Origin: Nemertoderma westbladi
Lineage: Eukaryota; Animalia; Xenacoelomorpha
Length of the DNA: 64,000 bases
Assembly (NCBI GenBank): GCA_032718475.1
Contig: JAUCBJ010005720.1
Span: 1-64,000, forward strand
Direction: 5' to 3'
The position numbers were made by a program, and so were the translations under genes. Below are positions 39,961 through 52,177 of the stretch, piece by piece; positions within the stretch are counted from its first letter, which is position 1, and every line of letters begins with the position of its first letter. The notes under the pieces are model-generated. The model made no database searches. It was not told the DNA's origin and saw nothing but the letters and a program-made list of their open reading frames with translations.

Positions 39961-42900
39961 CAATGGCCCGACAGCTCCAGTAGTGAGGATACTGTAGAGC
40001 TGACACCCGAGCGCGGAGCAAAGATGACGGATGCGGTTTATTCGGATCCCCATCTCATCCTTCCTGCGGCCGTACTCACTAGGTTATTGATTGCGGTGGA
40101 AGAACACCAGATCGATTGGGCGAGAAGTAAGCGATCGACTAAAGATAGTTATGCGGGATATACAAGGGAAGAACTGAAGTCTATTGTCGAGTCGCAATGG
40201 AACTTCCCCGGACCCGGACTCCCGTTTGATTTATCAGAAGCTGCCTGGGAAGATATACACAGGATGGGAGTAACCAAGGAAACCGTCGATCCAGCTGTGT
40301 GGAAGAGGTCCGCAGCCGGATACGTACAGGGATTCGTAAGCTCTATGGAGCGAGTAGAAAAACAACTGTTTCAACAACCCCAAGGACCTCAAGAGCAGGG
40401 ACAACTGCTTTATCAAGTTAGAGAAAGAATTCTACGAATCAGGCTAATCTTATCAGCCTTTGAGGAGGCTTCTAAAAGAAGACAAGACACGTCGTTGCAA
40501 GTTGCCGTAAAGACTTGGTTTCAACGGGTGAGCCTCAGGGTGCAGGGAACGACTCAGTGGAAAGCCCAACTGGATGAGCGCTCAACCCATGGAGAATCAA
40601 CAGACGCTACTTTTTCCCAAGTGGAAAGTGAAGCGACAGCAGAGAAGCCGCATAAGAGGGATGCCATTGACATCTATCTGTCGGACTATCAACGTTTTGT
40701 AGGAGATGAAGAGTTGAGGAGAAGACTAGAGGGGCTTAGCCCTAATAGTGAAGGAGCCCAGCGTGTGTTGGACGCAATCGATGTGGATAGGTTAGCTGCG
40801 AACCAAGCTAAATTCAATGAAAGCATCCTCATCGCTAAGGTTCAAGAAGAACAAGTAAAGAAAAAACGTATAGAAGACAGAAAGATAGCAGCAGTGGCAG
40901 CAGCAGTGGCAGCGGCAGAAGCGGAAAGAAAGGCTGTAGAAGTGGAAAGAAAAGCAGCCGAAGTGGAAAGAAAAGCGGCAGCGGCAGTGGCAGAAGCAGA
41001 ACGAAAGGCGTCTGAAGAGACTGTCCAACTAGAGTTGGAAAATCTTCAAGAGAAGCAAGACAACTTTAATAAACAGTTAAAAGCTAGTAATATGCAGATG
41101 ATGAATCGATCTACTCCCAAGAGGCAAGGTTATACATCAAGGCGATACCACAGATCATGAAGGCGGAGGAAATCAATCTCGCCTAAGCAGACGTAAAAGA
41201 ATGTCCCACCGTGAGAAATTGCCTGATTTGCCCCCAGCTGTTCGAAGGCAACTAAATAACACAAATTTAGGTAGTACAGAACCCACAGACCAAATAATTA
41301 AAATAGAAAGACTCCCTACTATAGTAGATGAGCCTGAAATAATTAGGCCTGTTCTTGAAATCACCCCTTCGGTGATAGAAACGCCTGTACTCCCAGAACC
41401 TACCTTTAAATTCCCTTTATACAGCACCAAATTATCTGTGCCTAGAGGAACAGCCCCTGAAACAGTGTCGGTCCTGGACTCCGAGCGAAATATAAAGGAT
41501 ATATCGCCCGTAGTCCCTCGTCTGCCCGCTACGACGTTGGCGGATCCTGCTTCGGCGGTTGATTGGGTAGACGAGAGACGGCGGGGGATGGATATTCTCC
41601 TCGGAAAGATGGAGGAGAATCGAGTGCGCTCCTCCCAACAGGTCCGAGAGTTAGAAGGGACTGTTCAACAGTTAAAGGGAACCGTAAAGGAAAGTAGGTT
41701 AGAGTTGCAAGAAGTGCAGCAAAGTATCGCGCTAGAACGCGATAAATTAGTAAATTTACAAAAGGGTATACCACCACCCCCGGTAACAATGTGTCAACCT
41801 GTTAGGTCTGAAGTATCTCATGCGCAAGGTGTGGAGCCTACACGCATATATACTGCTAGCGAAGTAGAAACTCCTATAGTGAACCCTATTAAGGGTAATT
41901 ATAGACATGTTGATAATGATATTCCCTATAGACCTGATCATAATCCGAGAAATTTATATACCGATACCTCGATATTAAATAACTCGATGGCCCAAGAAAG
42001 TTTTACGCGTCAAATGGCTAGAACCGAAGCCCGGCAAGAGGTAAAGGTGGGAGAGATCGTCAAGTTCAATGGAGATGAGATGAAATGGTTACCTTTTAAT
42101 GAATATTACAAAGATAACATACAGAACTCTGTACTATCTAATGGAGAGAAACTTAGATTCCTCATCGAGTGCTTGGAAGGATCTCCCAAGTTAATGGCGT
42201 TAAAGTTTATTGGACATCCAGACGGATTAAGACAAGTTTGGGATACCCTAAACATCAGGTATGGTAATAGGACTAACATAGCTAGGTATTTATATGCGAA
42301 ATTAATGGCGCCCCGAAAGTTTCTTAGCAGCGGGATTATAGAGTTTTCTGACGATATTCAGGAGATCTGTAGACAACTAGATTGGTTAGGTAAGTCTCAT
42401 GAATACCAGAATTCTATGGTTGTAGGAGCCTTAGCATCTACTTTGCCCAAGGGTGGAGTAGGTACACGCTGGGATAAGAAAGTGTTATATATGATGGAAC
42501 AACAACGACGAGACCCTACCATGGCTGATCTCATGTCATTCTTAGATGGAGAAGTGAAATTACAGCTCCTAAGGCAGTCCAGAGAGAAGACACCAGAAAA
42601 CAAGGTAAGTGAGAAACCCGTTTCTAGGAGAAGGGTAATACCAGTGTGTTATACCGACGACAGCGAAAGCCAGGCTTCTCAAGAGGAAGACAGCGGGAAA
42701 GACACTGAAAGATCTTACTATGACAACAAAGCGACTAAGGACGTAAGTAAATTCAAGTCTCGAACCAATGACAGGAGAGAACAAGTAAGAAAAACTCCTC
42801 CTACGTCTCCTAAGAGAATTCAAGTAAGAAAGCCCGAAGAAAGAACGAGTGTGCACAACGTTACTCAAAGTAAGGTAAGTAACATCAAACCAAAATGTGT

Positions 42901-44326
42901 GCTGTGCGACGGGCCCCACCGTTTGAATATGTGTGATAAATTCCTAAAGAAATCATTAAAGGATAGACGTGAAGTCATGTGGGATAAGCGGTTGTGTTAT
43001 AATTGCCTCAGACGAGGACACCAACGGCGAACCTGTTACTCCGACGCAAGGTGTGCAAAGTGCAGCGCAAAACATCATATCTTGTTGCACACGGAATTCG
43101 AACGAAACAGCCCGAGTCAGGTAAGTGAGTCCGAACTACATGTCCAATTCAGTGATGTGAACGACACTGACCAATATTCTGAGATGGAAGGATCCTATTC
43201 GGACGAATTCTCCGACGAAAACGAATCCTGTTACCTGACAAATACCGCAGTGTATCGAGCACTTACGTATGAAAAGGACACCGACAGCGACCTCACCCTA
43301 ACTACTTCTGATCGACAACCATATTGGAAAGCGCCACCTTCCAATGTAGGAATCCGAGAATTTCCTGTAGTACAGGTAAGGGTCCCTGGACCTAAAAGGA
43401 GTTATATAGTGAACGCCCTCCTTGACTCCGGTAGCACAGGAACATTCATCGACAAAGAACTAGCCGAAGACATCTTTGCTGGACAACCCAAGTTCCGAAC
43501 TAAGCTAAACATGTCAGGAATTATGCAGGTTTGGAAATCTATCGTAATAGCGGATTATTATGTAGGCGCGTTGTCCACCCCCCAGGATGAACTAGGAGAA
43601 TACAGCATAAGGTCAGTAAAAATGGTAGCGATAAAGAACTTCGCGACCAGCCAAGTGGAACCTTATAACTGGGATGAGGACGATTTCACCCAGCAGTTTG
43701 GAATACCTAGATTCAACACCGATTACCCTGGAGTCCAAATACTCATCGGTCAAAATGCGCATGAAGCGCTCGAGACATTGGAGAAACGGCCTGCTCAACC
43801 GCAACCTCTGCAAGTTTATGCGGGAAGAACTAGAGTAGGTTGGTACTTTACTGGCCCTTCTCGTAGAACTCTTATGGAAAGATTACCAAAAGAACAGGTA
43901 TATCAATTAAGTGAACGGGAAGTGGAGAGCAGTGAAGTTGACGACCCAACTGAGGGAACACCATACTCCTCAGATAATGACGACATCAACTCCAATGTAG
44001 ATCAATGGAGACATTGTCCCGAGACGATCAATCTAGCCGACATCGCTTCCAGAGGAGCAACTCCTCAAGAACTTACAGATACTCCAGACCGGTTAGGTGG
44101 ACCCGACTTCCTAAGTAAAGAAGATGAATGGCCTCCTCATCTTACCCCGGTGAAGATTAGACAGGCCAAGGGAGCGGAGAAAGTAACACAACCACTCAAT
44201 CGCCCAGCTGGTCGTTTCTGTTTACCGGAAAGAGACCGAAAACTGTCCGGAAACTATGGAAGGCAAGATACTCTTCCCACGACCACCTCCCTAATCCAAC
44301 AAATATCTAGGGACTCCATAACGTAA
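39961..44326 (+). pseudogene. BEL/Pao gag-protease of copy B (start deleted, one frameshift near 41140, 1041-aa open C-terminal part)
   Basis: Same gag, zinc-knuckle and DSG motifs as A. An 8-nt loss relative to A (TCTGATGA) shifts the frame. The N-terminal MSDTKQ segment of A is absent. Confidence 0.9.
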
Positions 44327-45960
44327 CAACATACGGAGTGGGTGTGTGACTATATTATTTTATATTTATTTTATTATTTTATATTATGTATGTATTATTA
44401 TGTAATTTTATTATAATCGTTTTATTTAATTTTATTCAGTAGAATGTTATTTTAGCGATTATTTAGTAGATTAGTGCAATATATTCGTGTTTATTACGTA
44501 ATTACTTATATTATATATTTAGTGCGACGGCGAGAAATAATTCTTTTTCTCTTTCCTTACTGCCCGTATTACATTACGAATACGTAACTATAGTAAAATG
44601 AAATGTCTGTACTTATTAAAGTACAATAAAGCCACTACTATATTCAAGTATTATTGGTAGGCAGAGTATTAGGAATGCAAAGTTCAGATCCTCGTGTCTC
44701 GGCTAAACCAAGCTCTGTGTAGACCTTGGAAACGACTTGCCTCTTCTCACTGACATTGCTTCGTGCGATATTGCTCTCATACCATATATAATAATACATA
44801 TAGTAGCGTGATATCCCTATAACAGTAGCGTAAAACGCAAATAAATCTGTTAAACCTTTGACCATCTGTAACTCTAGTCGATTAAGATATCGCGGCACCC
44901 ACCGATATACTTGAAAGACAAATTTTAGAATCAGTGGTTAACGTCCCCAGACAAGTTCTGGAATAAACCGGTGCCCATCCTAAATATTAATTATTAATAT
45001 TTACAAAATCTGTCAAATTTTAGATCCTTTAACATTCTAGTCGATTAAGATATCGTAGCACTTACCGATACTCTTAAAAGGACAAATCCCTAGAATCAAG
45101 GATCCCAGTCCCCAGACTTGTTCTGGAATAAAATTGTGTCTATTTAATATTAAATAATAAAATTACGGGAATAAATTTAATTTCATCTTTTAATGAATTT
45201 GATAAATTGTTATTTTATACAATTTATAATATTCCCAAAATTCCATTAATTAATAGATCATGGGAGCGGAGATTCACCTCTTAAGTGTATTAATGTGCGA
45301 GAATCTCCAATATAGAGTCAATAGCCGATAAAATTCATAAAATCATATATAAAGATGATATTGACCATTAAAGACTTACTATTAAATAGCATCCCAGATC
45401 TGTATGCATGGGAATTACCCTAATTCTACCGCTAGCTTTCCATAATGTCACCATAGTAACAGCCACGCTAGAATTAGAAGTGAGTTAAAAGAACAATAAA
45501 AAGCTTGCCCATTGAATAGCATACGGAATAAATAGCACACCGCTAGTATCCAAGGATACATAATAACAACGTGACATTCTGGAAGGCACTTGACTAACGG
45601 ACAAATGACCCGAATGTGTGATAGAATGTGTACCATTTGTGACAGTTACGTGGAATTTGTGCGTTTGTAGTTGAATGTTACTACTAAGGTGTGTTTACAG
45701 TAGCGAGTCGCAATTGTGAAAGTAGCCCTAACTCTCCAGTAAGAACCTGAAGTATATCTAAGCCTTTGGGACGGACGGTGGAGTGACTTGTGCTGGTTGT
45801 TGTAGTCGTTGTGCAGCTACGACGTTGGCGATAGGCACATCGACGAAAGTACACCAGCGCTGAGGATCTTGCACTGTCCGGGGGAAGAGAGGGGCAGGCA
45901 GCAACGCCCGCTAGCCTAAATATAAACTCATTATAATATTAATAAACTCATATAGCAGAT

Positions 45961-46955
45961 ATGATTGAGTTGATAGATGATGATCTTGGTATCAGGGAGC
46001 GATATACTCTACCTTTACAAGCGTTTGTTGATAGCTTGATACGCGGCGACGCTGGTCCAACTACTACGGAGGACGATGGTCATTATATCTAACCGCCAAT
46101 CTCCCGGGAGCAACTTGCGCGTGGGTTAGACTGTAGAAAATTTACCGCTCGCTATACGCATCGTAATGGTATGTATATGGACTTCTTAACTACTGGTCAT
46201 CCTATCGACCTACACGATACGAACGATATAGACACCAAAAGGGAAATGGTTTTATTTAAATATCCTACCCAGCGGAAGCGGAACGATAAACTGAAACTCG
46301 AACACGAAAATTCTATTCGAAACCGACTCGAAAGTGCAGATGTTGAGGAGCCGGATAAACACAGCGACTTCACCAAATACCTGGAATTCTTGAGAGAAAC
46401 CTATCTAGATATTACCAGTCAACAGAATCTAGAAACTCGATATCCTCAAGGTATAACTCATGACCGCATGGTAGAACTCAAACGGCTCTATTCCACAGAT
46501 GTATCTTACCGCCGATCGACCGCTACCTGTTGTACTGGATAGCTTCGAACAGATGGAGGAAATTTGTAAAACTGGAGAACGATCACCCGCGTTTCCCCTA
46601 CAAGACGTGCGTCTTTGGTATTATTGCAATGAATGCCCAAGACCCAACCAACAAACGAAAAGACATAAACATCCGCGGAGACGTTGCTTTAAACACGGTT
46701 TTACTCGCTATATTTACGGGAGTTTCGAGCGAAACTTGTTCGATGTATCACCTACGCTCGTTCGACTCAGATGATCCTTAAATAAACCAATGATCAGAGT
46801 TTCGGAATACTCGATCAGACCTCCTCATTCCCTAGTGAGACCTCAGACTCTTGATCCTATTAGTATGACGGATCCTCCCGAGCTGTACTCACTGCTCAAA
46901 GATCTAGTGTTACCTGAACAATTAGTCGGTGGCACCCGGTTGTGGGCTTCCTAGA
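45961..46955 (+). pseudogene. Decayed extra ORF of unknown function in the 3' region of copy B
   Basis: ATG 45961 is in frame with ORF 46171-46542 across one TAA. It then shifts into 46499-46774 (YYCNEC..HKH...C..H) and continues past a TGA. Confidence 0.4.
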
Positions 46956-47559
46956 TATTAGCCCATCCTACCTAGCCGGATTGGGACGCGGACATTTAAT
47001 ATCGCCGTTTAACCCTTACTATCGTCCCGGCTTAACACGATATAACCTGTCACCAAAGTGGCGGAGAGCGTTGTACCAAATGAGTTAGACGCTATTCTAC
47101 AAAGATCAGAAAAGGAACTTACGCTTGTTCAGATAAACGTAAATTGCACTAGCAAGTCCAAGCGGTAAACAAAGTAACTATATCTCAGTTCGATCGGGAA
47201 ATCCAGAATCTCTAAGAAGTTATCGAACTTGGACGATCCTATTCTCTGCGAGAGTTTTTGGATGAACGTATCCAGCTACGAGCGGAGGAAAATCAGCTCG
47301 AGGAGAAGCATATCGAAACGGCGGATACCTCGACCATAATCCTACACCTTCTGATGCAATCATATTGCCCCCTTCACCCAGGAGTTATGGCCCTCCTAGT
47401 AAAGTGGCTCCCCCCAAAGAGAAAAGGACTCTTGCTAGCCTCAAAAAACTGCGTAAACGCCGTCTGCGTAAGAAAGGCTAACTGTTTAGAGTATTTTTAT
47501 ATTTTAGAAACTGTGATTTGTTATATTTTATAGACTTAAATCCCATTTTCTGGGAGCGG

Positions 47560-48768
47560 TGTAAAGGCTTTTGCGGAATTGGCTGGTTATTTTCCCCGTA
47601 AAGTACTCTGTAGTTGGTTTAACAGGCATAAAAGGCCGTGTCCTACTGTACTGGTGTTTTAGAGGACATAAAAGTAATTTCTTCTGTACGTGTACTTTAG
47701 CGGACATAATCCACAATTCTATGATGCAAAAGCCGAAATACTCTTGAAACAGTGTAGTTACTATGACGATAGCTAATAGCTGAGCTGTACACGTGGAGCC
47801 TCTGCACGGAGCCTTGGTTCTTTGTCCTGCTCAGCTTAAATGACGACATCTATCAGCTGTGTCCACGTCAGTTCGACCAATCAGAGATTTTCCCTTTGTG
47901 TAAAAGCTGTACAGCAGAATCCCATGATTCAGTACTGACGTTTCCCCCACGCCTAAGAACACCGGCCGTGGAATGTTTTCTAACATTAGAGCGTCTTTAA
48001 TTATAAGAACACATAACTGTTACCGGCACGGTACAGCGGTACGAGACACTAAGAACACATAACGGTACGGTACGTATTGCACATTATTTACTGCTATTTG
48101 CTGTTTGTTATTAAATGTATCATTCGTTTGCATATTGTTATTTGGAGAATAACTATAAACGATCAGAAACCCCGATCTTCTTGATACACTAAGGTTAGAG
48201 AGACCGGCTACATATAGCAATTGCGACTTATATTATCGTGGTTTGTAGTGAATTGAATGCTATTTTATAGGCCCTACAAATGTCGGTTGCTATTCTCTTT
48301 ATATATGATTAAAATCAGTGACTATCGGCAATTCAGTGTGCAGCGGTGTGCAATAGTCTGTATGTGCTTGTCCGCGTAACAAAGCATCTCCTAAAGAATG
48401 CGCCTTATGTGTAACTTATAATCCATTCCGTTGTGTTTAGTGTAAGCCATAGCTCTGTTTATATAGATAGAGCGCCACGTCCTAAAGGAACTGCTAATAT
48501 TTCCCGAAAGTGAATAATATTTGTCAGAGATTATATATTAACGATCAATCGAATAGTACGGTAGGCCTGCACCGCAATCAAATTAAAGCATCCGAATCCA
48601 GTCTCCCGGGTATATCCAGCGGCGGGTGAATGGTCGCGCATAGACTGGCTTCGGCTAATGTTGGATTTATTTGTCTCAAATACTTGTCATAGGCTAAAGT
48701 CAATTTATAACCTAGAAGACATATAGATTTGGCGGGTTAAACTGCCAAAGGTCTTAAAAGCGCGAACA
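47560..48768 (+). repeat. 3' LTR of copy B
   Basis: Direct repeat of 36604-37789, followed by the TSD. Confidence 0.95.
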
Positions 48769-48773
48769 GGTGG

Positions 48774-49620
48774 CCTGAAGAAGACACGATCACCATCGCA
48801 GTTAAACCGCAGATGGTGATAAACCAGGAACAAGCAACGAAGAGGATTTCCATCATTATGTCCGTCTATGATCCACCAGGACTCGTTGTACCGATCGCAT
48901 TACAAGGAAAGATCATGTTCCAGAAATGTTGGACAGACAAACTTGATTGGGATAAACAACTACCACCAGCATTGCTTACCGACTGGATAAAGTGTACTTC
49001 CCAATTAGAAATCTTTACAGAATTGCAGATACCCCATTTGTACTTCCCGATGATTCCAGATACTCCAATATACGAGTTACATCAATTCTGCAATGCCAGC
49101 GAAACCGTTCCACACCTAAGTTGTGTGGCGTGGGTGGGGAGGGTGAGCCTATTCAAACTAGGCTCGTATTTTCTAGAACAAGACCAGCACCCATATCTGC
49201 ACAGACGGTACCCAGGATGGAGTTATCAGCGGCAGTACTCGCAGTTAAAGCGCACGCCAAAGTGATCAGTGCGCTGGAACTCACAATCGAACGAAATTAT
49301 TTCTATTCGGATTCAGAGGTGGTACTATGCCAACTATCAAATGAGTCAAGATGGTTCGTAACCATTGTAGCGAACCGGATAGAGGAAGTAAGAAGGTTTA
49401 CCGAGTTAAGACAATGGAGATACGTTCCCACAGAAATGAATCCAACAGACTGTGCAAGCCGCGGATTATTCCCGGAAGAGTTTATAACAAGGTTCCACAA
49501 CTTTTGGTTTTATGGACCAGAGTTCCTCAGACTGCCTGACAAGGAGTGGCCTTCAGAAATAGTTAACGGCCCTCATAGGGGGAAGAAACCAGAGGAGGTG
49601 GACGACTATAAACCCATGTG
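48774..49620 (+). pseudogene. Older BEL/Pao pol fragment 3 (post-RT and RNase H)
   Basis: SVYDPPG, KLDWD, ELHQFCNAS, TVPRMELSAA, YSDSEVVL, VANRI, QWRYVPTEMNPTDCASRG, WFYGPEFL. Confidence 0.9.
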
Positions 49621-50546
49621 ATAATTTTTTTTGTAGTTAAAGGGTGTAAGACTCTAGTGGTTACCTTAAAGTTAATATATACATCAAACCCCTGTTAGTC
49701 AGTATGTCGGTACATTCAATTATCACATATAAATATAGAGCAGAACTCCGGCATCACTGCATGTTGTTAAATCTTATATAATTTTTGTGCTGTGTGTTTG
49801 CTCTAGCAAACTACCAGTTTTCCATTGGTAACATGTTTACTTACCGTAGGCCTATAGGGTTCCAATGTTCTGAGGTCTGAAGTCTGTTTGGGCTGAGTGG
49901 TAACTGAGTTGATGGTGCGATTAATTTAGGTCAACGGTGCAATATAGTTAGGCTTGGCTAATTCCCTGTCCAGCTGATGAGGTGTCGAGGATTAGCGCGT
50001 ACTGGTCCTAGACGCCAAAACGCAACCATATTTTTAACAAATTAATTATTTTTGTCTAGTCCTACCTCTTTCACGGCGACAAAAATGTCATATATTTTCT
50101 TATAGAATATAGGCTTAGCTTTTGTGCAGTTTAATACCGGTATCATTTAGTGTATGGCGGTTAGGTTTTAGGGTTAGGGTTGCAATACATACTTGTATGT
50201 GGAGCATGGTATAATATATTTTGTTTGTGTTTTTTGTTTGTCTTGTTTTGTGTTCCTTGATGGCCTTAGGGTCTGGAAGGTATTTTGGGCTTAATGTCCT
50301 GATACTATACTTTTGTTTGTGTTTTTTGTTTGTTTTGTTTTGTGTTCCTTGATGGCCTTAGGGTCTGGAAGGTATTTTGGGCTCAATGTCCTGATACTAT
50401 ACTTTTGTTTGTGTTTTTTGTTTGTTTTGTTTTGTGTTCCTTGATGGCCTTAGTGTCTGGAAGGTATTTTGGGCTTAATGTCCTGATTCTATATTTTTTT
50501 GTAGTTAAAGGGTGTAAGACTCTAGTGGTTACCTTAAAGTTAATAA
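49621..50546. mobile_element. About 0.9-kb insert with about 55-bp terminal direct repeats, a decayed hammerhead-like motif and three about 91-bp tandem repeats
   Basis: TTTTTTTGTAGTTAAAGGGTGTAAGACTCTAGTGGTTACCTTAAAGTTAATA occurs at about 49626 and 50494. GACTATAA appears on both flanks, and the insert interrupts pol. Confidence 0.6.
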
Positions 50547-51440
50547 AGACTATAACCCCGACAAAGAGAAGGAAGTCATGGTGGCATATGCGACAATGGC
50601 AACAGATGATGAACATCCCATAGATAAAATCCTGGCTGGAAATGGTTCCTTCAATATCAACATGAATAGACTGGCAAACCTAATGATCCTACGGGATAAA
50701 ATACTTTACAATGCCCGACGCAAAAAGAACAAGTTTATAAGCTTCCAACCAATCAAAGCAGACTACAATGAATTGGCATTCACCACCATAATAAAACATC
50801 TACAAGTTAAACACTTTGCGTCGACCATACATGATCTAAAAAGGAACATCCAACTGGTCAAGAGTAATCCGTTGCGGAAGTTATGCCTGTTTCTTGACCC
50901 CCTTGGGGTCATAAGGTGTAACACAAGACTCCTATATACAGAACTGGATTATAATGAGAAGTTTTCCATACTGTTACCAAACGAGTCGCCGATTACAACA
51001 GCTATAGTCAGAGGCGCACACCAGGATATCGCCCACCAGGGGTTTGACTACACCATAAACAAGGTGCGAAGACGTTTCTGGATATTCAAATTAAGATCCA
51101 AAGTAAAACATGTGATACGCACCTGTGTGAAATGCCAAAGGAAATGGGGTAAAGCGGACTCACAACTAATGGCCCCGCTAGACCATGGAACAGGGCGCAG
51201 ATGTACGACTCACCGTTCACCTATTGTGGAGTAGATCTGTTTGGACCCATAACCTTAATGCGCGGCAGGGTAGAAGTCAAACGATATGGAGTGATATTCA
51301 CGTGTTTCCTATGTTGCGCTGTGGCGCTGGATTTAGCGGCAGATTATTCAGCCGTCGCGGTGATTCTAGTACTGAGGAGATTTATCTGCCGATATGGAAA
51401 TGTTTCGATATTATATTCAGATCAGGGAACTCACCCCCCT
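50547..51440 (+). pseudogene. Older BEL/Pao pol fragment 4 (integrase, truncated)
   Basis: HQDIAHQG...CVKC zinc finger, PFTYCGVDLFGPI, RYGVIFTC, LRRFICRYG, YSDQGT. Confidence 0.9.
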
Positions 51441-52177
51441 AAATAAATTCTGACTGACTATATAATTTCGTGCTATTGGCTTATTATAAAAAACTTATTA
51501 TTGTATATATTCTAATTATATTGGTGTATTGGGGAGTCCCATATATTTGGAATCAGTGTATATCAGCGCAAAGAGAACTTGATCAGTTAGAATTAAAATT
51601 GATGATTCAACCTAACTTGTTCTTTTTCCTTTTCGACTACATTATCCATCACTCCCTGATCCAATATCTGGTGACTAGTATTGAGAGATGCAGAAACACT
51701 CCCAAACTTACATCGGCGTTAGTGAATAATGGCAACAAAATTCCAAATATAAGAGGTGAATTTTGCTGATACAAAATTCAGATAAACCTGCGGAATTCCA
51801 ACCATAGCACTTTCCCGATGGAGCTTCACCCTGCGATGAATTCAGAAACCTAACACTACTTCCATGCTACACTGACACGTAAACGCAGATGAAACTGGTG
51901 AAGGAAAAGGTGTGTTCAAAACTATAAAACCCTATTTATCTAACAGACTCTAAATTATCTACATTATCTAAATATCAACGAGGAATGGACATAACGATTA
52001 CACTGATGGAGTTGACTCAACGTGAAGACAGGATTTGGAACATCAAAGTTGAGGTGCTGGGAACGAACTAGGGAATATTCAGGATCATTGTCCATGTGGA
52101 TCAAATCCCAATACGAAACGTACGAGGAGCTGTTCTATGCATTCGCTTACGTCGCGATACGTGCTGCTACCGAATAA

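Larger units (their letters stand above)
36604..48768 (+). mobile_element. Copy B: complete non-autonomous BEL/Pao-type LTR retrotransposon (12.2 kb)
   Basis: LTRs 36604-37789 and 47560-48768 (TGT...ACA). 5-bp TSD GGTGG at 36599-36603 and 48769-48773. Short purine-rich GGGAGCGG before the 3' LTR. Confidence 0.95.

Noticed and set aside
41201-44326. Domesticated gag gene
   Set aside because: It lies inside a young LTR element with TSD and is a frameshift-truncated part of a longer ORF.
1828-45727. Giant inverted repeat or segmental inversion formed by A and B
   Set aside because: B has its own TSD and the copies carry different indels, so they are independent insertions.
47105-47363. Antisense frame with a faint SOCS-box-like pattern (PKTLAE...VR.LL...LCLP)
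   Set aside because: Two internal stops and the conserved Cys is missing, so it is not distinguishable from chance without a consensus.
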